64,000 bases of DNA from an uncultured Pelagibacteraceae bacterium (lineage in GTDB: Bacteria; Pseudomonadota; Alphaproteobacteria; Pelagibacterales; Pelagibacteraceae). The stretch covers positions 871-64,870 of the forward strand of contig CACORI010000003.1 of the NCBI GenBank assembly GCA_902629585.1. Reading direction: 5' to 3'. Below are positions 40,947 through 51,869 of this stretch, piece by piece; the stretch's first letter is position 1, and each line of letters opens with the position of its first letter. The translations under genes and the position numbers were made by a program. The notes under the pieces are model-generated. The model saw only the letters and a list, made by a program, of their open reading frames with translations. It ran no database searches and was not told the origin of the DNA.

Positions 40947-41891
40947 ATGAGTCAAAATCCAACTAAACACACAAAAGTGTTAATAATTGGATCTGGTCCA
41001 GCTGGGTATACAGCTGCGGTTTATGCAGCTCGTGCAATGTTGAATCCAATACTTGTTTATGGATCAGAGCCAGGGGGACAATTAACAACTACAACAGATG
41101 TGGAAAATTTTCCAGGATTTGCTGATGTAATTCAAGGACCATGGTTAATGGAACAAATGAAAGAACAAGCAAAAGCTGTTGGTACAAAAATGATAGAAGA
41201 CCATATAAGTTCAGTAAATTTAAAATCTAAGCCATTTGAGGCAATTGGTGACAGCGGTCAAAAATATACAGCAGAAAGTATTATAATTTCCACAGGTGCT
41301 CAAGCTAGATGGTTAAATATAAAATCAGAGCAAGAATTCAGAGGGTTTGGTGTTTCGGCCTGTGCGACATGTGATGGATTTTTCTTTAAAGAAAAAGAGG
41401 TTGCTGTCGTAGGTGGAGGTAACGCTGCTGTTGAAGAGGCAATGTTTCTTACAAAATTTGCTTCAAAAGTAAAATTAATTCACAGAAGAGATAGTTTGAG
41501 GGCTGAAAAAATGCTTCAAAAAAAATTAATGGAAAATAAAAAAATTGAGATTATTTGGGATACAGTTGTAGAGGATGTGATTGGTGATAAAGATCCAAAA
41601 AATGTTAAAGGAATAAAAATTAAAAATTTAAAAACAAATAAAATCAGTGAGATAAAATTAGATGGTGTTTTTATCGCTATAGGTCATGATCCAGCAACTC
41701 AATTATTTAAAGATCAACTGAATATGGATAAAGAAGGTTATTTAATAACAAAACCAGATTCAACAGAAACTAATATTCCTGGGGTTTATGCTGCTGGAGA
41801 TGTTAAAGACAAAACATTTAGACAAGCAGTAACTGCAGCTGGAATGGGTTGTATGGCTGCTTTAGAGGCAGAAAAATTCTTATCACATTAA
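40947..41891 (+). CDS. trxB: Thioredoxin reductase
   Basis: GSGPAG, GGQL, CATC redox motif, GGGN.A.EEA, HRRD and AAGDV. Confidence 0.98.
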   Translation: MSQNPTKHTKVLIIGSGPAGYTAAVYAARAMLNPILVYGSEPGGQLTTTTDVENFPGFADVIQGPWLMEQMKEQAKAVGTKMIEDHISSVNLKSKPFEAIGDSGQKYTAESIIISTGAQARWLNIKSEQEFRGFGVSACATCDGFFFKEKEVAVVGGGNAAVEEAMFLTKFASKVKLIHRRDSLRAEKMLQKKLMENKKIEIIWDTVVEDVIGDKDPKNVKGIKIKNLKTNKISEIKLDGVFIAIGHDPATQLFKDQLNMDKEGYLITKPDSTETNIPGVYAAGDVKDKTFRQAVTAAGMGCMAALEAEKFLSH

Positions 41892-41892
41892 A

Positions 41893-42840
41893 GTGAAAAA
41901 TAATCTTCATGTTTTCTTAGGGGCGACAGTAGCTGATGCAGCTGCTAGACCATTACATTGGGTCTACGATCAAAAAGAACTTAATATTCATATAAAGGGC
42001 AAAAAAGACTTTTCCTTCCTAAAAAAAAGTAAAAGCCCTTTCTATAATATTAAAACTGGAAAAGTATCAGGCTACAATGAAATTGGTCAAGTAATGTTTA
42101 AAACACTACTAGAAGGACATTATAATATAGAGGAACGATTAAAAAAAAATATTCTGAAAAACTTCGGTCCTGGGAGTATATATTGGAAAAATTTAAGTCT
42201 TAGGTCAAAATATAAAAAAGTGAAAGACTGGAGAGGTATGATTAAAGGACCATGGATACACCAAAATATTATTGAAACTGTAAAAAATATTAAGTTAAAA
42301 AAAAAAATTACAGGTGGAAAAAAGGTAAATGAGTCCGATGGCTTTTGTGCTGCTCTTCCCTATTTTCTTTACGGTTATGATTTTAAGAGTTTAAAAAAGA
42401 TTATTGCAATTGTAACTATTTCAAAAATTAGTCTTAAATATGCTTTAGCTAAATTTTATTTAATAGATTTTGCATTGAAAGGAGCTCAAGATCCTATAAA
42501 TGAATTTATAAAAAAATTTAAAACTGATCCTTTATTTAAAAGAATTATTAAAGACATAAAAAAAATAAAAAGATTTAAAAAAAAATTTAAACCTATTATT
42601 ATTAAAAAACTAGGTATGGCATGTAGCTATCCAGGAACTTTTAATAGCTCAATATATGCAATTATGAATTCAAAAAACTATAAAGAGGCAATTTTAAAAA
42701 CGATTAAAGCCGGTGGGTGTAATTGTTCTAGAGCAAATTTTGTTGGTGCGTACTTTGCTGCTTTAAATGGAGCAGATGCTATTCCACAATCTTGGATTAA
42801 AAAAACTATATCGGCAAAAAAAATTTTGAGTCAAAAATAA
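41893..42840 (+). CDS. ADP-ribosylglycohydrolase-fold protein of the SelJ/J1-crystallin type
   Basis: GATVADAAARPLHWVYD, PFY...TG..S.Y, FGPGS, GPW.H, ACSYPG, GGCNCSR...GA and IP.SW; GTG start 1 nt after the trxB stop. Confidence 0.82.
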   Translation: MKNNLHVFLGATVADAAARPLHWVYDQKELNIHIKGKKDFSFLKKSKSPFYNIKTGKVSGYNEIGQVMFKTLLEGHYNIEERLKKNILKNFGPGSIYWKNLSLRSKYKKVKDWRGMIKGPWIHQNIIETVKNIKLKKKITGGKKVNESDGFCAALPYFLYGYDFKSLKKIIAIVTISKISLKYALAKFYLIDFALKGAQDPINEFIKKFKTDPLFKRIIKDIKKIKRFKKKFKPIIIKKLGMACSYPGTFNSSIYAIMNSKNYKEAILKTIKAGGCNCSRANFVGAYFAALNGADAIPQSWIKKTISAKKILSQK

Positions 42841-42842
42841 AA

Positions 42843-44033
42843 TTACCGGTTTAAGGAGTTACAAAAAAGTTTAATTCTTTCCATAGCTTTTTTTAAATTT
42901 TTCATAGATGTTGCGTAAGAAATTCTAAAAAAACCATCTAACCCAAAAGCTGAACCCTGTACAACCGCAACATTTTTTTTTTCAAGCAATTTTTGAACAA
43001 AATCGGTATCGTTTTTTAATTTTGTTTTTTTATTAAGCAAGCCTTTGCAGCTTGGAAAAACATAAAATGCTCCATTAGGTTTTAGACAGCTTATACCTTT
43101 AATATTATTTAGACTTTTAACAACATAATCCCTTCTAGCTTTAAATGCATTAGATCTTATTTTTATAAAATCCTGTTTACCATTTAATGCCTCTACAGCT
43201 GCTGCCTGGCTTATTGAAGATGGATTTGATGTAGATTGAGATTGAATTTTTCTTATAGCTTGAATTATGTTTTTAGGACCAGCGGCATAACCTATTCTCC
43301 ATCCTGTCATAGAATAAGATTTACTAACTCCATTCATTGTAAGTGTTCTATTTTTTAATTTTGTAAGCTGCGCAATTGTAAAAAAATCAAAATTATCATA
43401 TCTTACATGTTCATAAATATCGTCGCTTAGAATATTAATCTTTTTATTATTTATTAAAACTTTTGCTAAATCTTGAATTTCTTTTTTTGAATAACCAGCT
43501 CCAGTCGGATTTGATGGTGAATTAATAATTACCCACTTAGTTTTTTTTGTTATTGATTTTTTTAATTTTTTTGGAGTAAGTTTAAAACCTTCTTTTTCAG
43601 TGCATCTAATAATCTTTGGTTTTCCTCCTGCCAATAAAACCATATCTGGATAAGAAACCCAAAAAGGAGCTGGAATTATCACTTCATCTCCCTTATTTAG
43701 GGTGGCCATAAAAGTATTATACAATACTTGTTTTCCACCAGATCCTACTGTTATTTGATCAAGTGTATAATTTAATTTATTTTCTCTTTTAAACTTTGCA
43801 ATGATAGCCTTTTTTAATAAGGGAGTACCATCCACTGCAGTGTATTTTGTTTCTCCTTTTTTAATTGCTTTAATAGCTGCATTTTTTATATTTTGCGGGG
43901 TATCAAAATCAGGTTCACCAGCACCAAGACTAATGACATCTTTGCCTTTTGCTCTAAGTTCTCTTGCTTTTTGAGTAACTGCAATAGTTGGTGATGGCTT
44001 AATTCTTTTTAAACTGTCTGATATTATGCTCAT
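42843..44033 (-). CDS. aatA: Aspartate aminotransferase (class I/II PLP-dependent)
   Basis: GEPDFDTP, GGKQ, NSPSNPTG, DDIY and SKSYSMTGWRIGY. Start moved to the ATG at 44033, which removes the overlap with uvrB. Confidence 0.93.
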   Translation of the reverse strand: MSIISDSLKRIKPSPTIAVTQKARELRAKGKDVISLGAGEPDFDTPQNIKNAAIKAIKKGETKYTAVDGTPLLKKAIIAKFKRENKLNYTLDQITVGSGGKQVLYNTFMATLNKGDEVIIPAPFWVSYPDMVLLAGGKPKIIRCTEKEGFKLTPKKLKKSITKKTKWVIINSPSNPTGAGYSKKEIQDLAKVLINNKKINILSDDIYEHVRYDNFDFFTIAQLTKLKNRTLTMNGVSKSYSMTGWRIGYAAGPKNIIQAIRKIQSQSTSNPSSISQAAAVEALNGKQDFIKIRSNAFKARRDYVVKSLNNIKGISCLKPNGAFYVFPSCKGLLNKKTKLKNDTDFVQKLLEKKNVAVVQGSAFGLDGFFRISYATSMKNLKKAMERIKLFCNSLNR

Positions 44034-44069
44034 TGAAATATAAATTAATTCTACTACTTTCTTTAATAT

Positions 44070-46244
44070 ATGGAAAATACTTATCAAGATTTAATTACAA
44101 ATATCCAGAGTAAAAATTCAAAATTAAGCGGAAAACTTGAAGGTGGTAAAAAATTTAAAATAAAATCGGACTTTAGGCCCGCTGGTGACCAGCCTGAAGC
44201 TATTAAAAAATTGGTAAAAGGTGCAAATAAAGATGAGTTCAATCAAGTTTTATTAGGAGTAACTGGATCAGGAAAAACGTTTACTATGGCTAAAGTTATT
44301 GAGGCAACTAATAGACCAGCTTTAATTCTAGCTCCAAACAAAACTCTTGCTGCTCAACTTTATGGTGAGATGAAAACTTTTTTTCCGGATAATGCAGTAG
44401 AATATTTTGTATCATATTATGACTATTATACGCCAGAGGCTTACGTGCCTAGATCAGACACTTATATTGAAAAGGAGGCCTCTATCAATGAACAAATTGA
44501 TAGGATGAGACACTCAGCTACTAGATCATTGCTAGAAAGAGACGATGTGTTAATTGTTGCAAGCGTGTCGTGTATATATGGCCTAGGCTCAGTTGAAGCA
44601 TATAGTAAAATGACTCTCACTCTTCAAAAAAATTACAATTATAATAGAGAGCAAATTATCAAATCCCTTGTTGCTCTACAGTATAAAAGAAATGATCAAA
44701 ATTTTGTGAGAGGTACTTTTAGAGCTAGAGGTGAGTATTTAGAAATTTTTCCTTCTCACTTAGAGGATCGAGCTTGGAGATTAAGTTTATTTGGAGAAAA
44801 ACTTGAACAAATTGAAGAATTTGACCCTTTGACTGGAGATAAAGTAAGAGATTTAAGTTTAATAAAGATTTATGCAAATAGTCATTATATTACTCCAAAA
44901 CCAACAGTAGAGCAGGCCGTAATAAATATCAAAAAAGAATTAGAAATAACCTTAAAAAAACACAGAGCTGAAAACAAATTGCTAGAAGCTCAAAGATTGG
45001 AAGAAAGAACAAAGTTTGACTTAGAAATGATTGAAGCAACTGGATCTTGTGCCGGTATTGAAAATTATTCAAGGTTTTTATCTGGAAGAAAACCGGGTGA
45101 ACCACCACCAACTTTGTTTGAGTACTTTCCTGACAACACTTTAATATTTGTTGATGAATGCCATGTCACAGTCCCTCAATTAAATGGAATGTATAAAGGA
45201 GACAGATCAAGAAAAAGCACTTTAGCAGAATATGGTTTTAGACTTCCATCTTGTATGGATAATAGACCATTAAAATTTGAAGAATGGGATTTAATGAGAA
45301 CACAAACCATATTTGTATCTGCAACACCTGGGCCTTGGGAGCTTAATCAAACTAAAGGAAAATATATTGATCAAGTTATTAGACCAACCGGGTTAATAGA
45401 TCCTCCAGTTGAAGTACGACCAGCAAAAAATCAAGTTGATGATCTAATGCATGAATGTAAAAAAGTAGTAGAAAATAATCATCGTGTTTTAGTAACTACT
45501 CTTACAAAAAAAATGGCTGAAGATTTGACAGAGTATCTACATGAAAATGGGGTGAAAGTCAGATATTTACATTCTGACATAGACACATTGGAAAGAATTG
45601 AAATTATGAGAGATTTAAGAATGGGAGTTTTTGATGTGCTGGTTGGAATTAACTTATTAAGAGAAGGTTTAGATATTCCTGAATGTGCATTAGTAGGAAT
45701 TTTAGATGCAGATAAAGAGGGTTTTCTAAGATCGGAAACATCGTTAATACAAACTATTGGTAGAGCAGCAAGAAATGTTGACGGGAAAGTTATTCTGTAT
45801 GCTGACAAAGAAACTAAAAGCATTAAGAAAGCCATGCAAGAGACTGATAGGAGAAGATCTATCCAACTTGCTTATAACAAAAAACATAATATTGATGCAA
45901 AGAGTGTTAAAAAAGAAATTAGTGACATTTTAGAGAGTGTTTATGAGAAAGATTATGTAAAAATCAGCGAAGGATCTAATGTTGGTGGAAATCTTAAAAA
46001 ACATTTAAAAGCATTAGATAAGAAAATGAAGGAGTCAGCGTCAAATCTTGAGTTTGAGGAAGCTGCAAAAATAAGAGATGAAATTAGAAAGTTGCAAAGT
46101 ACAGAGCTCGAAATCACTTTAAACCCTAAGATTAGACAGTATGATGTTAAAAATAAAATTTACCCAAAAGGTAGGTCTACTCTAGGAATGCCTGGCACCA
46201 GAGTTACAAAGAAAAGGGATAAAAAGTGGAAGCACGGAAGATAA
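44070..46244 (+). CDS. uvrB: Excinuclease ABC subunit B
   Basis: [40 protein letters not shown] and the UVR domain FEEAA.IRD. Confidence 0.99.
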   Translation: MENTYQDLITNIQSKNSKLSGKLEGGKKFKIKSDFRPAGDQPEAIKKLVKGANKDEFNQVLLGVTGSGKTFTMAKVIEATNRPALILAPNKTLAAQLYGEMKTFFPDNAVEYFVSYYDYYTPEAYVPRSDTYIEKEASINEQIDRMRHSATRSLLERDDVLIVASVSCIYGLGSVEAYSKMTLTLQKNYNYNREQIIKSLVALQYKRNDQNFVRGTFRARGEYLEIFPSHLEDRAWRLSLFGEKLEQIEEFDPLTGDKVRDLSLIKIYANSHYITPKPTVEQAVINIKKELEITLKKHRAENKLLEAQRLEERTKFDLEMIEATGSCAGIENYSRFLSGRKPGEPPPTLFEYFPDNTLIFVDECHVTVPQLNGMYKGDRSRKSTLAEYGFRLPSCMDNRPLKFEEWDLMRTQTIFVSATPGPWELNQTKGKYIDQVIRPTGLIDPPVEVRPAKNQVDDLMHECKKVVENNHRVLVTTLTKKMAEDLTEYLHENGVKVRYLHSDIDTLERIEIMRDLRMGVFDVLVGINLLREGLDIPECALVGILDADKEGFLRSETSLIQTIGRAARNVDGKVILYADKETKSIKKAMQETDRRRSIQLAYNKKHNIDAKSVKKEISDILESVYEKDYVKISEGSNVGGNLKKHLKALDKKMKESASNLEFEEAAKIRDEIRKLQSTELEITLNPKIRQYDVKNKIYPKGRSTLGMPGTRVTKKRDKKWKHGR

Positions 46245-46981
46245 TAATCACCGGTGGAGCTACTAGAATAGGTGCTGCTCTTGCGGAAAGATTAGCTGGA
46301 CCAGACATAGAAATTACTATCCATTTTAATAAGTCAAAATCTAAAGCAGAAAAATTAAGAAAAAAATTAAAAAAATTTGGATCAAAAGTTTATTTGGTAA
46401 GTGCAGATTTAAGTAAAGAAAAAGATGTTCAAAAAATAATCAAATTTTCAAAATCAAAGATGAAATTTTTCGACTGCTTAATTAATAATGCGTCATTATT
46501 TGAAAATGATAAATTAGAAAATTTTACATCTAAGAGCTGGGAAAATCATATTTCTACGAATCTTAAAGCCCCCGCTCTCTTATCAAAAGAATTTTCAAAA
46601 AATGTAAGAGGTAAAAATAACAATATTATTAATATTTTAGATCAAAGGATTTTTAAATTAACACCATATTTCTTCTCATACACATTAAGTAAAACAGGTC
46701 TTTATACTTTAACTAAAACTAGTGCAATGAGCCTTTCACCTAACATACGAGTTAATGGAATAGCACCTGGACCAACAATTAAGAATAAAAGGCAATCTGA
46801 AAAACATTTCAAAAGTCAATATTTAGCTACACCACTCAAACAACAAGTTGATGTTACTGAGATTTGTAATGCAGTTGACTTTTTTATAAAAAACAGTTCT
46901 ATTACAGGTCAAGTTTTGGCAATAGATAGTGGTCAAAGTTTAAATTGGCAAACACCAGATATACTTAAAGGTAAAGAATGA
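46226..46981 (+). CDS. SDR oxidoreductase, pteridine reductase/FolM-like
   Basis: TGGATRIG (Arg typical of pteridine reductases), NNAS, YxxxK (YTLSK) and IAPG; adjacent to folB. Confidence 0.82.
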   Translation: MEARKIIITGGATRIGAALAERLAGPDIEITIHFNKSKSKAEKLRKKLKKFGSKVYLVSADLSKEKDVQKIIKFSKSKMKFFDCLINNASLFENDKLENFTSKSWENHISTNLKAPALLSKEFSKNVRGKNNNIINILDQRIFKLTPYFFSYTLSKTGLYTLTKTSAMSLSPNIRVNGIAPGPTIKNKRQSEKHFKSQYLATPLKQQVDVTEICNAVDFFIKNSSITGQVLAIDSGQSLNWQTPDILKGKE

Positions 46982-47403
46982 AAAAAAATAATTTTAAAAT
47001 TGTTAAAATTGATAAAAACAAAAGCTTATTTAACTACGAAAAAAAAATTCTAATTAATGAGCTTATTTTAGATTTAAAGCTTGGCTATTATGATTTTGAG
47101 AAAGAGAAAACACAAAAAGTAAAATTTAGTTTGGAAATAGATTATCAAGATAAAAAGCCATCAAATGATAAGGATCTAAGGTCAATTGTAAATTATGGAA
47201 CAATTGTAAAATTAATTAAAAAACTTGTGAAAAAAAAACATTATAACTTTTTAGAAACTCTTGCTGAGGCAGTTTTCGACGAGCTTTTTAAAGATAAAAG
47301 AATTGGTAAAATAATGCTTAAAATTGAAAAACTAGAAATTTTAAAAGAATGTACTTCAGTTGGTATTCAGATTTCAAAAATAAGAAGTCATGTTAAGTCC
47401 TGA
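46978..47403 (+). CDS. folB: Dihydroneopterin aldolase
   Basis: G.Y..E....Q.V, VNY, LETLAE and I.K. Confidence 0.88.
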   Translation: MKKNNFKIVKIDKNKSLFNYEKKILINELILDLKLGYYDFEKEKTQKVKFSLEIDYQDKKPSNDKDLRSIVNYGTIVKLIKKLVKKKHYNFLETLAEAVFDELFKDKRIGKIMLKIEKLEILKECTSVGIQISKIRSHVKS

Positions 47404-49225
47404 AATTGGTAAAGACGTTATTAAAAAAGAGCTTCCATTAGTTCCTAAATTACCAGGAGTGTACAGGATGCTTAATTCTAAAAATGAAATTTTGTATGTT
47501 GGTAAAGCCAAAAATCTTCCAAATAGATTGAAAAGTTATGTGTCTGAGAAAAATCATATTATCAGAACAGAAAGAATGCTCTCACAAACAACAAAACTTG
47601 AAATTACAACAACAACTAATGAAAGTGAGGCACTTCTTTTAGAGGCAAACTTAATTAAAAAACATAAACCAAAATTTAATATTTTACTAAAGGACGATAA
47701 ATCATTTCCATATATATTTATTTCTAATCATAGATTTCCAAGAATAGAAAGGCATAGAGGAGCAAAAAATAAATCTGGAAAATATTATGGACCTTTTGCA
47801 AGTTCTCTTGCAGTAAATAGTGCAATAAAAACTCTACAAAGAATTTTTTTGCTTAGATCATGCACTGATAAACAAGTGGAAGCAGCAGACAAAGCTTGTT
47901 TTAATTATTTTCTAAAAAGATGTGCGGGACCTTGTGGTGGAAAAATAAATAAGGAGGATTACTCAAAACTTGTTGAGGCAGCAGATGAATTTTTAAGTAA
48001 AGGAAGATCTAGAAAGATTCAGCAAACTCTTTCTAATCAGATGGAAATTGCAAGCGAAGAGTTAGATTTTGAAAAAGCCGCAATAATAAGAGATAAGATA
48101 AAATCATTAAATATAATACAATCTTCGCTAACAATCAGTGATGTAAATTTGAATGAAGCTGATGTTATCGCTGGATACAAAGAGTCAGGAAAGACTTGTA
48201 TACAAGTATTTTTTTATAGATCAAAACAAAACTGGGGTAATCAAGCTTTTTTTCCAAAACATGATCCTGATGAGAAATTAAATAATATTTTAAATTCTTT
48301 TGTTTCACAGTTTTATGAGAATAAAGCTGTGCCAAGATCAATTATACTCAGTGAAGAAATCAAAGAAAAAAAATTAATCGAACAAACTCTTACAAAAAAG
48401 GAAAATAAACAAATAAATATTTCTATTGCAAAAAAAGGTTCAAAATTAAAAGTTATAAACTTAGCAATTAAAAATGCTAAAAATAGTTTAAATAGAAATC
48501 TATATGAAAGTCAAAATAATAGGGAGTTGCTTGATAATATTGCAAAAAAATTTGATGTTGAAAACAATTTAAGCCTTATTGAGGTCTACGATAATAGTCA
48601 TATTCAAGGAACACATAGTGTTGGTGCTTTAATTACTTATGGGGAAGAAGGTTTTATCAAAAAAAGATACAGAAAATTTAATATTAAAAACGAAAGCTTT
48701 AAACAAGACGACTATGGAATGATAAGAGAGGTTTTAGGAAGAAGATTTAAAAGAGCAATTCAAGAAAAGGAAAATTTTCTCTCATTTCCTGACTTAGTGT
48801 TAATTGATGGCGGCAAAGGTCAATATTCATCAGCAAGAGAAACATTGGACGAATTGGGATTAAACGAAATCCCAGTTATAGCTATTGCAAAAGGCAAATT
48901 AAGAAATAGTGGCAACGAAACATTCTTTCATAATGGAAAAGAATTCAAATTTGCTAGAAATGATCCTACTTTGTTTTTCTTGCAAAGAGTTCGTGATGAA
49001 GCTCATAGATTTGCAATAAGTGCTCATAGAGCTAAAAGAAAAAAAGGTATTAGCAAATCCTTACTCGATCAAATTGAAGGTATAGGAGCCATAAGAAAAA
49101 GGGCATTATTAAACCATTTTGGATCAGCTAGAGCCGTTGAATCCGCTAGTCTTGATGAGATAAAATCAGTTGAAGGTGTTGAAGTAAAAGTTGCAAAAAA
49201 GATATATAATTTTTTCCACGAGTAA
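47390..49225 (+). CDS. uvrC: Excinuclease ABC subunit C
   Basis: GIY-YIG domain (PGVY, YVGKA), four-Cys region, UVR domain, [22 protein letters not shown] and HhH. Confidence 0.98.
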   Translation: MLSPEIGKDVIKKELPLVPKLPGVYRMLNSKNEILYVGKAKNLPNRLKSYVSEKNHIIRTERMLSQTTKLEITTTTNESEALLLEANLIKKHKPKFNILLKDDKSFPYIFISNHRFPRIERHRGAKNKSGKYYGPFASSLAVNSAIKTLQRIFLLRSCTDKQVEAADKACFNYFLKRCAGPCGGKINKEDYSKLVEAADEFLSKGRSRKIQQTLSNQMEIASEELDFEKAAIIRDKIKSLNIIQSSLTISDVNLNEADVIAGYKESGKTCIQVFFYRSKQNWGNQAFFPKHDPDEKLNNILNSFVSQFYENKAVPRSIILSEEIKEKKLIEQTLTKKENKQINISIAKKGSKLKVINLAIKNAKNSLNRNLYESQNNRELLDNIAKKFDVENNLSLIEVYDNSHIQGTHSVGALITYGEEGFIKKRYRKFNIKNESFKQDDYGMIREVLGRRFKRAIQEKENFLSFPDLVLIDGGKGQYSSARETLDELGLNEIPVIAIAKGKLRNSGNETFFHNGKEFKFARNDPTLFFLQRVRDEAHRFAISAHRAKRKKGISKSLLDQIEGIGAIRKRALLNHFGSARAVESASLDEIKSVEGVEVKVAKKIYNFFHE

Positions 49226-49229
49226 AAAA

Positions 49230-49814
49230 ATGCTTAGAAAAATACCAAATATATTAACTGTAGGCAGAATATTGATCGTACCTTTTTTTGTACTAGCTTT
49301 TTATCTTCCTGGTTTTTATGGAGATCTTACAGCTCTAATACTATTTATAGTAGCTTCTTTTACTGATTTTTTAGATGGAATGTTAGCGAGATTACTTGGA
49401 GAAGAATCTAAATTAGGTGAATTGTTAGATCCGATTGCAGATAAAATTATTGTTGCTGCTGCACTTATACTTTTAGTTATGGATGGCACAATTAGAAATT
49501 ACGAGGTAATTGCAGCTATTATTATTTTGACAAGAGAAATTTTAATTTCTGGACTTAGAGAATTTCTTGCTAAAGGTAAGATTAAACTTCCTGTATCAAA
49601 TCTTTCTAAACTCAAAACTGTACTACAGATGGTGTCTATCGGATTATTATTATCTGGAGAAACAGGAAATAAAATAATTAATTTCCAAAATTACAACGCT
49701 CAAACTATTGGAATAATTTTATTGTGGTTATCAGCTTTTTTGACACTTTACACGGCTTATGATTATATGAGAAAAGGCATAGATCATGCAATTTCTGAAG
49801 ATAATAAAAATTAA
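49230..49814 (+). CDS. pgsA: CDP-diacylglycerol--glycerol-3-phosphate 3-phosphatidyltransferase
   Basis: PNILT..R, D..DG..AR...G..LDP.ADK and RE...GLR. Start moved to the ATG at 49230. Confidence 0.96.
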   Translation: MLRKIPNILTVGRILIVPFFVLAFYLPGFYGDLTALILFIVASFTDFLDGMLARLLGEESKLGELLDPIADKIIVAAALILLVMDGTIRNYEVIAAIIILTREILISGLREFLAKGKIKLPVSNLSKLKTVLQMVSIGLLLSGETGNKIINFQNYNAQTIGIILLWLSAFLTLYTAYDYMRKGIDHAISEDNKN

Positions 49815-50692
49815 GCTGCTTTTTTCTTTCTTACTAAAGCTTGATAACTTTCATTCAAACCAATAATCGTATCACACACTTTATATTGATTTTCTGCTAT
49901 ACATGAAACTGGAGTAACCTCAGCAGCAGTTCCAGTTAAAAAACAACCTGCAAAATTTGATAGTTCCGATGGTTTAATTTTTCTTTCATGTACTATTATT
50001 TTCTTTGATCTAGCTATTTCAATTACTGTTCTTCTCGTAATACCGTCTAAAAAAGAGTCTGGTGTTGGAGTATGAATTTCACCCTTCTTATCTTTGAAAA
50101 AGATATTTGCTCCTGTTGCTTCAGCAATGTTGCCTTCATGATCTAGCATTAAAGAGTCTGTGTAACCTTGTTTTTCAGCCTCATGTTTTGATAGAGTGCA
50201 AATCATATATAGTCCTGATGCTTTAGTATCCCATGGTATTGTATTTGGAGCTGGTCTTCTCCAATTAGAAATATTTAATTTTATTCCCTCAACTTTTAAC
50301 TTTGGGTCAAAATAAGATCCCCATTCCCATGCAGCTATTGCTACATGGATTTTTGTTTTTTGTGCAGAGATAGCCATCATTTCACTTCCTCTCCAAGCTA
50401 CTGGTCTTACATATCCATTTTCTATTTTTTGAGTTGAAATAATTTTATTGCTAGCAATATTTATTTGATCTTCAGAATATGGGATTTCAAATCCCATTCT
50501 TTTAGCAGAATAGAAAAATCTAGATGTATGTTCCTCTAATTTAAATATTGATCCGTCATAAACACGTTCACCCTCAAAAACACAGCTTGCATAATGCAAT
50601 CCGTGGCTTAAAACATGAAGTTTTACATTCTCCCAATCAACTAAGTCACCATTGTACCATATTTTGCCAGATCTTTTATCGTAAGGTATCAT
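49811..50692 (-). CDS. ilvE: Branched-chain amino acid aminotransferase
   Basis: HGLHY...FEG, Y.RP, K..G.Y, E..GAN.F, L.GITR and GTAAEV. Confidence 0.96.
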   Translation of the reverse strand: MIPYDKRSGKIWYNGDLVDWENVKLHVLSHGLHYASCVFEGERVYDGSIFKLEEHTSRFFYSAKRMGFEIPYSEDQINIASNKIISTQKIENGYVRPVAWRGSEMMAISAQKTKIHVAIAAWEWGSYFDPKLKVEGIKLNISNWRRPAPNTIPWDTKASGLYMICTLSKHEAEKQGYTDSLMLDHEGNIAEATGANIFFKDKKGEIHTPTPDSFLDGITRRTVIEIARSKKIIVHERKIKPSELSNFAGCFLTGTAAEVTPVSCIAENQYKVCDTIIGLNESYQALVRKKKAA

Positions 50693-50710
50693 TTATGAAA
50701 AATTAAAATA

Positions 50711-50746
50711 TTACTGAAAAATATCTTTGTATCTATAATATGTCAA
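50711..50746. promoter_or_regulatory. Overlapping divergent sigma70-like promoters for ilvE and marR-ompR-envZ
   Basis: Minus: TTGACA (50746-50741)-N17-TATTTT. Plus: TTACTG (50711-50716)-N17-TATAAT (50734-50739). Confidence 0.5.
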
Positions 50747-50761
50747 TATAACTTACCAATA

Positions 50762-51199
50762 ATGAAAGAGCTTCTATATCTCAAAGATGAACAACTTAAG
50801 GATTTAGTTGAAAAACTTTTTGTCAGTTATAGAGAAATTTTTGCAGACTCTAAAAAGGTTTTGGACAAATATTCGATTGGGCTAGCCCATAATAAAGTTA
50901 TTCATTTGTTGTCAATGTATGAAGGTATTTCAATTTCTGAATTGCTCAAAAGACTTAAAGTAACCAAACAGAGCTTAAATAGAGTTTTAAAAGATCTGAT
51001 AAAGCTTGAAGTAATTGATTTTAAAAAAGATAAACAAGATACAAGAATAAAGCATGTATATTTAAACAAAAAAGGTCAAGCAATTTTTGATGAAATTTTT
51101 ACAATTCAGAAAAAAAGGATTTATAATGCACTTCTTAATTCAAAATCAGATGAGGTTTTAAATTTTGACAACGTATTGCGTAAAATAATTAATGGATAA
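50762..51199 (+). CDS. MarR-family regulator (PetP-like)
   Basis: wHTH segment ELL..L.VTKQSL.RVL..L and D.R; alphaproteobacterial ilvE/marR/ompR context. Confidence 0.9.
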   Translation: MKELLYLKDEQLKDLVEKLFVSYREIFADSKKVLDKYSIGLAHNKVIHLLSMYEGISISELLKRLKVTKQSLNRVLKDLIKLEVIDFKKDKQDTRIKHVYLNKKGQAIFDEIFTIQKKRIYNALLNSKSDEVLNFDNVLRKIING

Positions 51200-51869
51200 A
51201 AATTTAGATCATATTTTGGTTGTTGATGATGATGAGGGGATAAGATCACTAGTAAAAAAATATTTAAGTGAAAATAATTATATTGTTAATACAGCAAAAA
51301 ATGCAGAGGACGCTTATAAAAAAATAAAAATTATAAAATTTGATTTGATAATTTTAGATATAATGATGCCAGGTAAAAGTGGATTAGAATTCATACAAGA
51401 AAATAAGGAGAAACTTGAAACACCCATAATACTTCTAACTGCTAAAGGGCAAGCAAATGAAAGAGTGGTAGGGCTTGAGTCAGGTGCAGATGATTATTTA
51501 CCAAAACCATTTGAGCCTAAGGAACTTATTTTACGAATAAAAAATATTTTATCGAAGACCAAAAAAAAAGATTTCAAAAGAGTTATAAACTTTGAAAATT
51601 TAAAAATCGATTTAAATAAACAAATTATTTATAAGAACAATCATGAGTACAAAATAAATAATACAGAAAAAATTATATTGGAGAAAATGATAAATAATCC
51701 TGGGAAAATATTCGAAAGATTGGAAATTGGAAAACTCATAAATTTAGATAAGGAGAGATCTATAGATGTTATTATAACAAGACTTAGAAAAAAAATTGAA
51801 TTAAACCCAAAAAATCCTAAATTTCTTCAAACAATAAGGGGAGCAGGTTATGTTCTATGGATTGAATAA
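51192..51869 (+). CDS. OmpR-family response regulator (PetR-like)
   Basis: VVDDD, LDIMMPG, LTA, GADDYL.KPF, RSIDV.I.RLR and TIRG.GY. Confidence 0.95.
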   Translation: MDKNLDHILVVDDDEGIRSLVKKYLSENNYIVNTAKNAEDAYKKIKIIKFDLIILDIMMPGKSGLEFIQENKEKLETPIILLTAKGQANERVVGLESGADDYLPKPFEPKELILRIKNILSKTKKKDFKRVINFENLKIDLNKQIIYKNNHEYKINNTEKIILEKMINNPGKIFERLEIGKLINLDKERSIDVIITRLRKKIELNPKNPKFLQTIRGAGYVLWIE

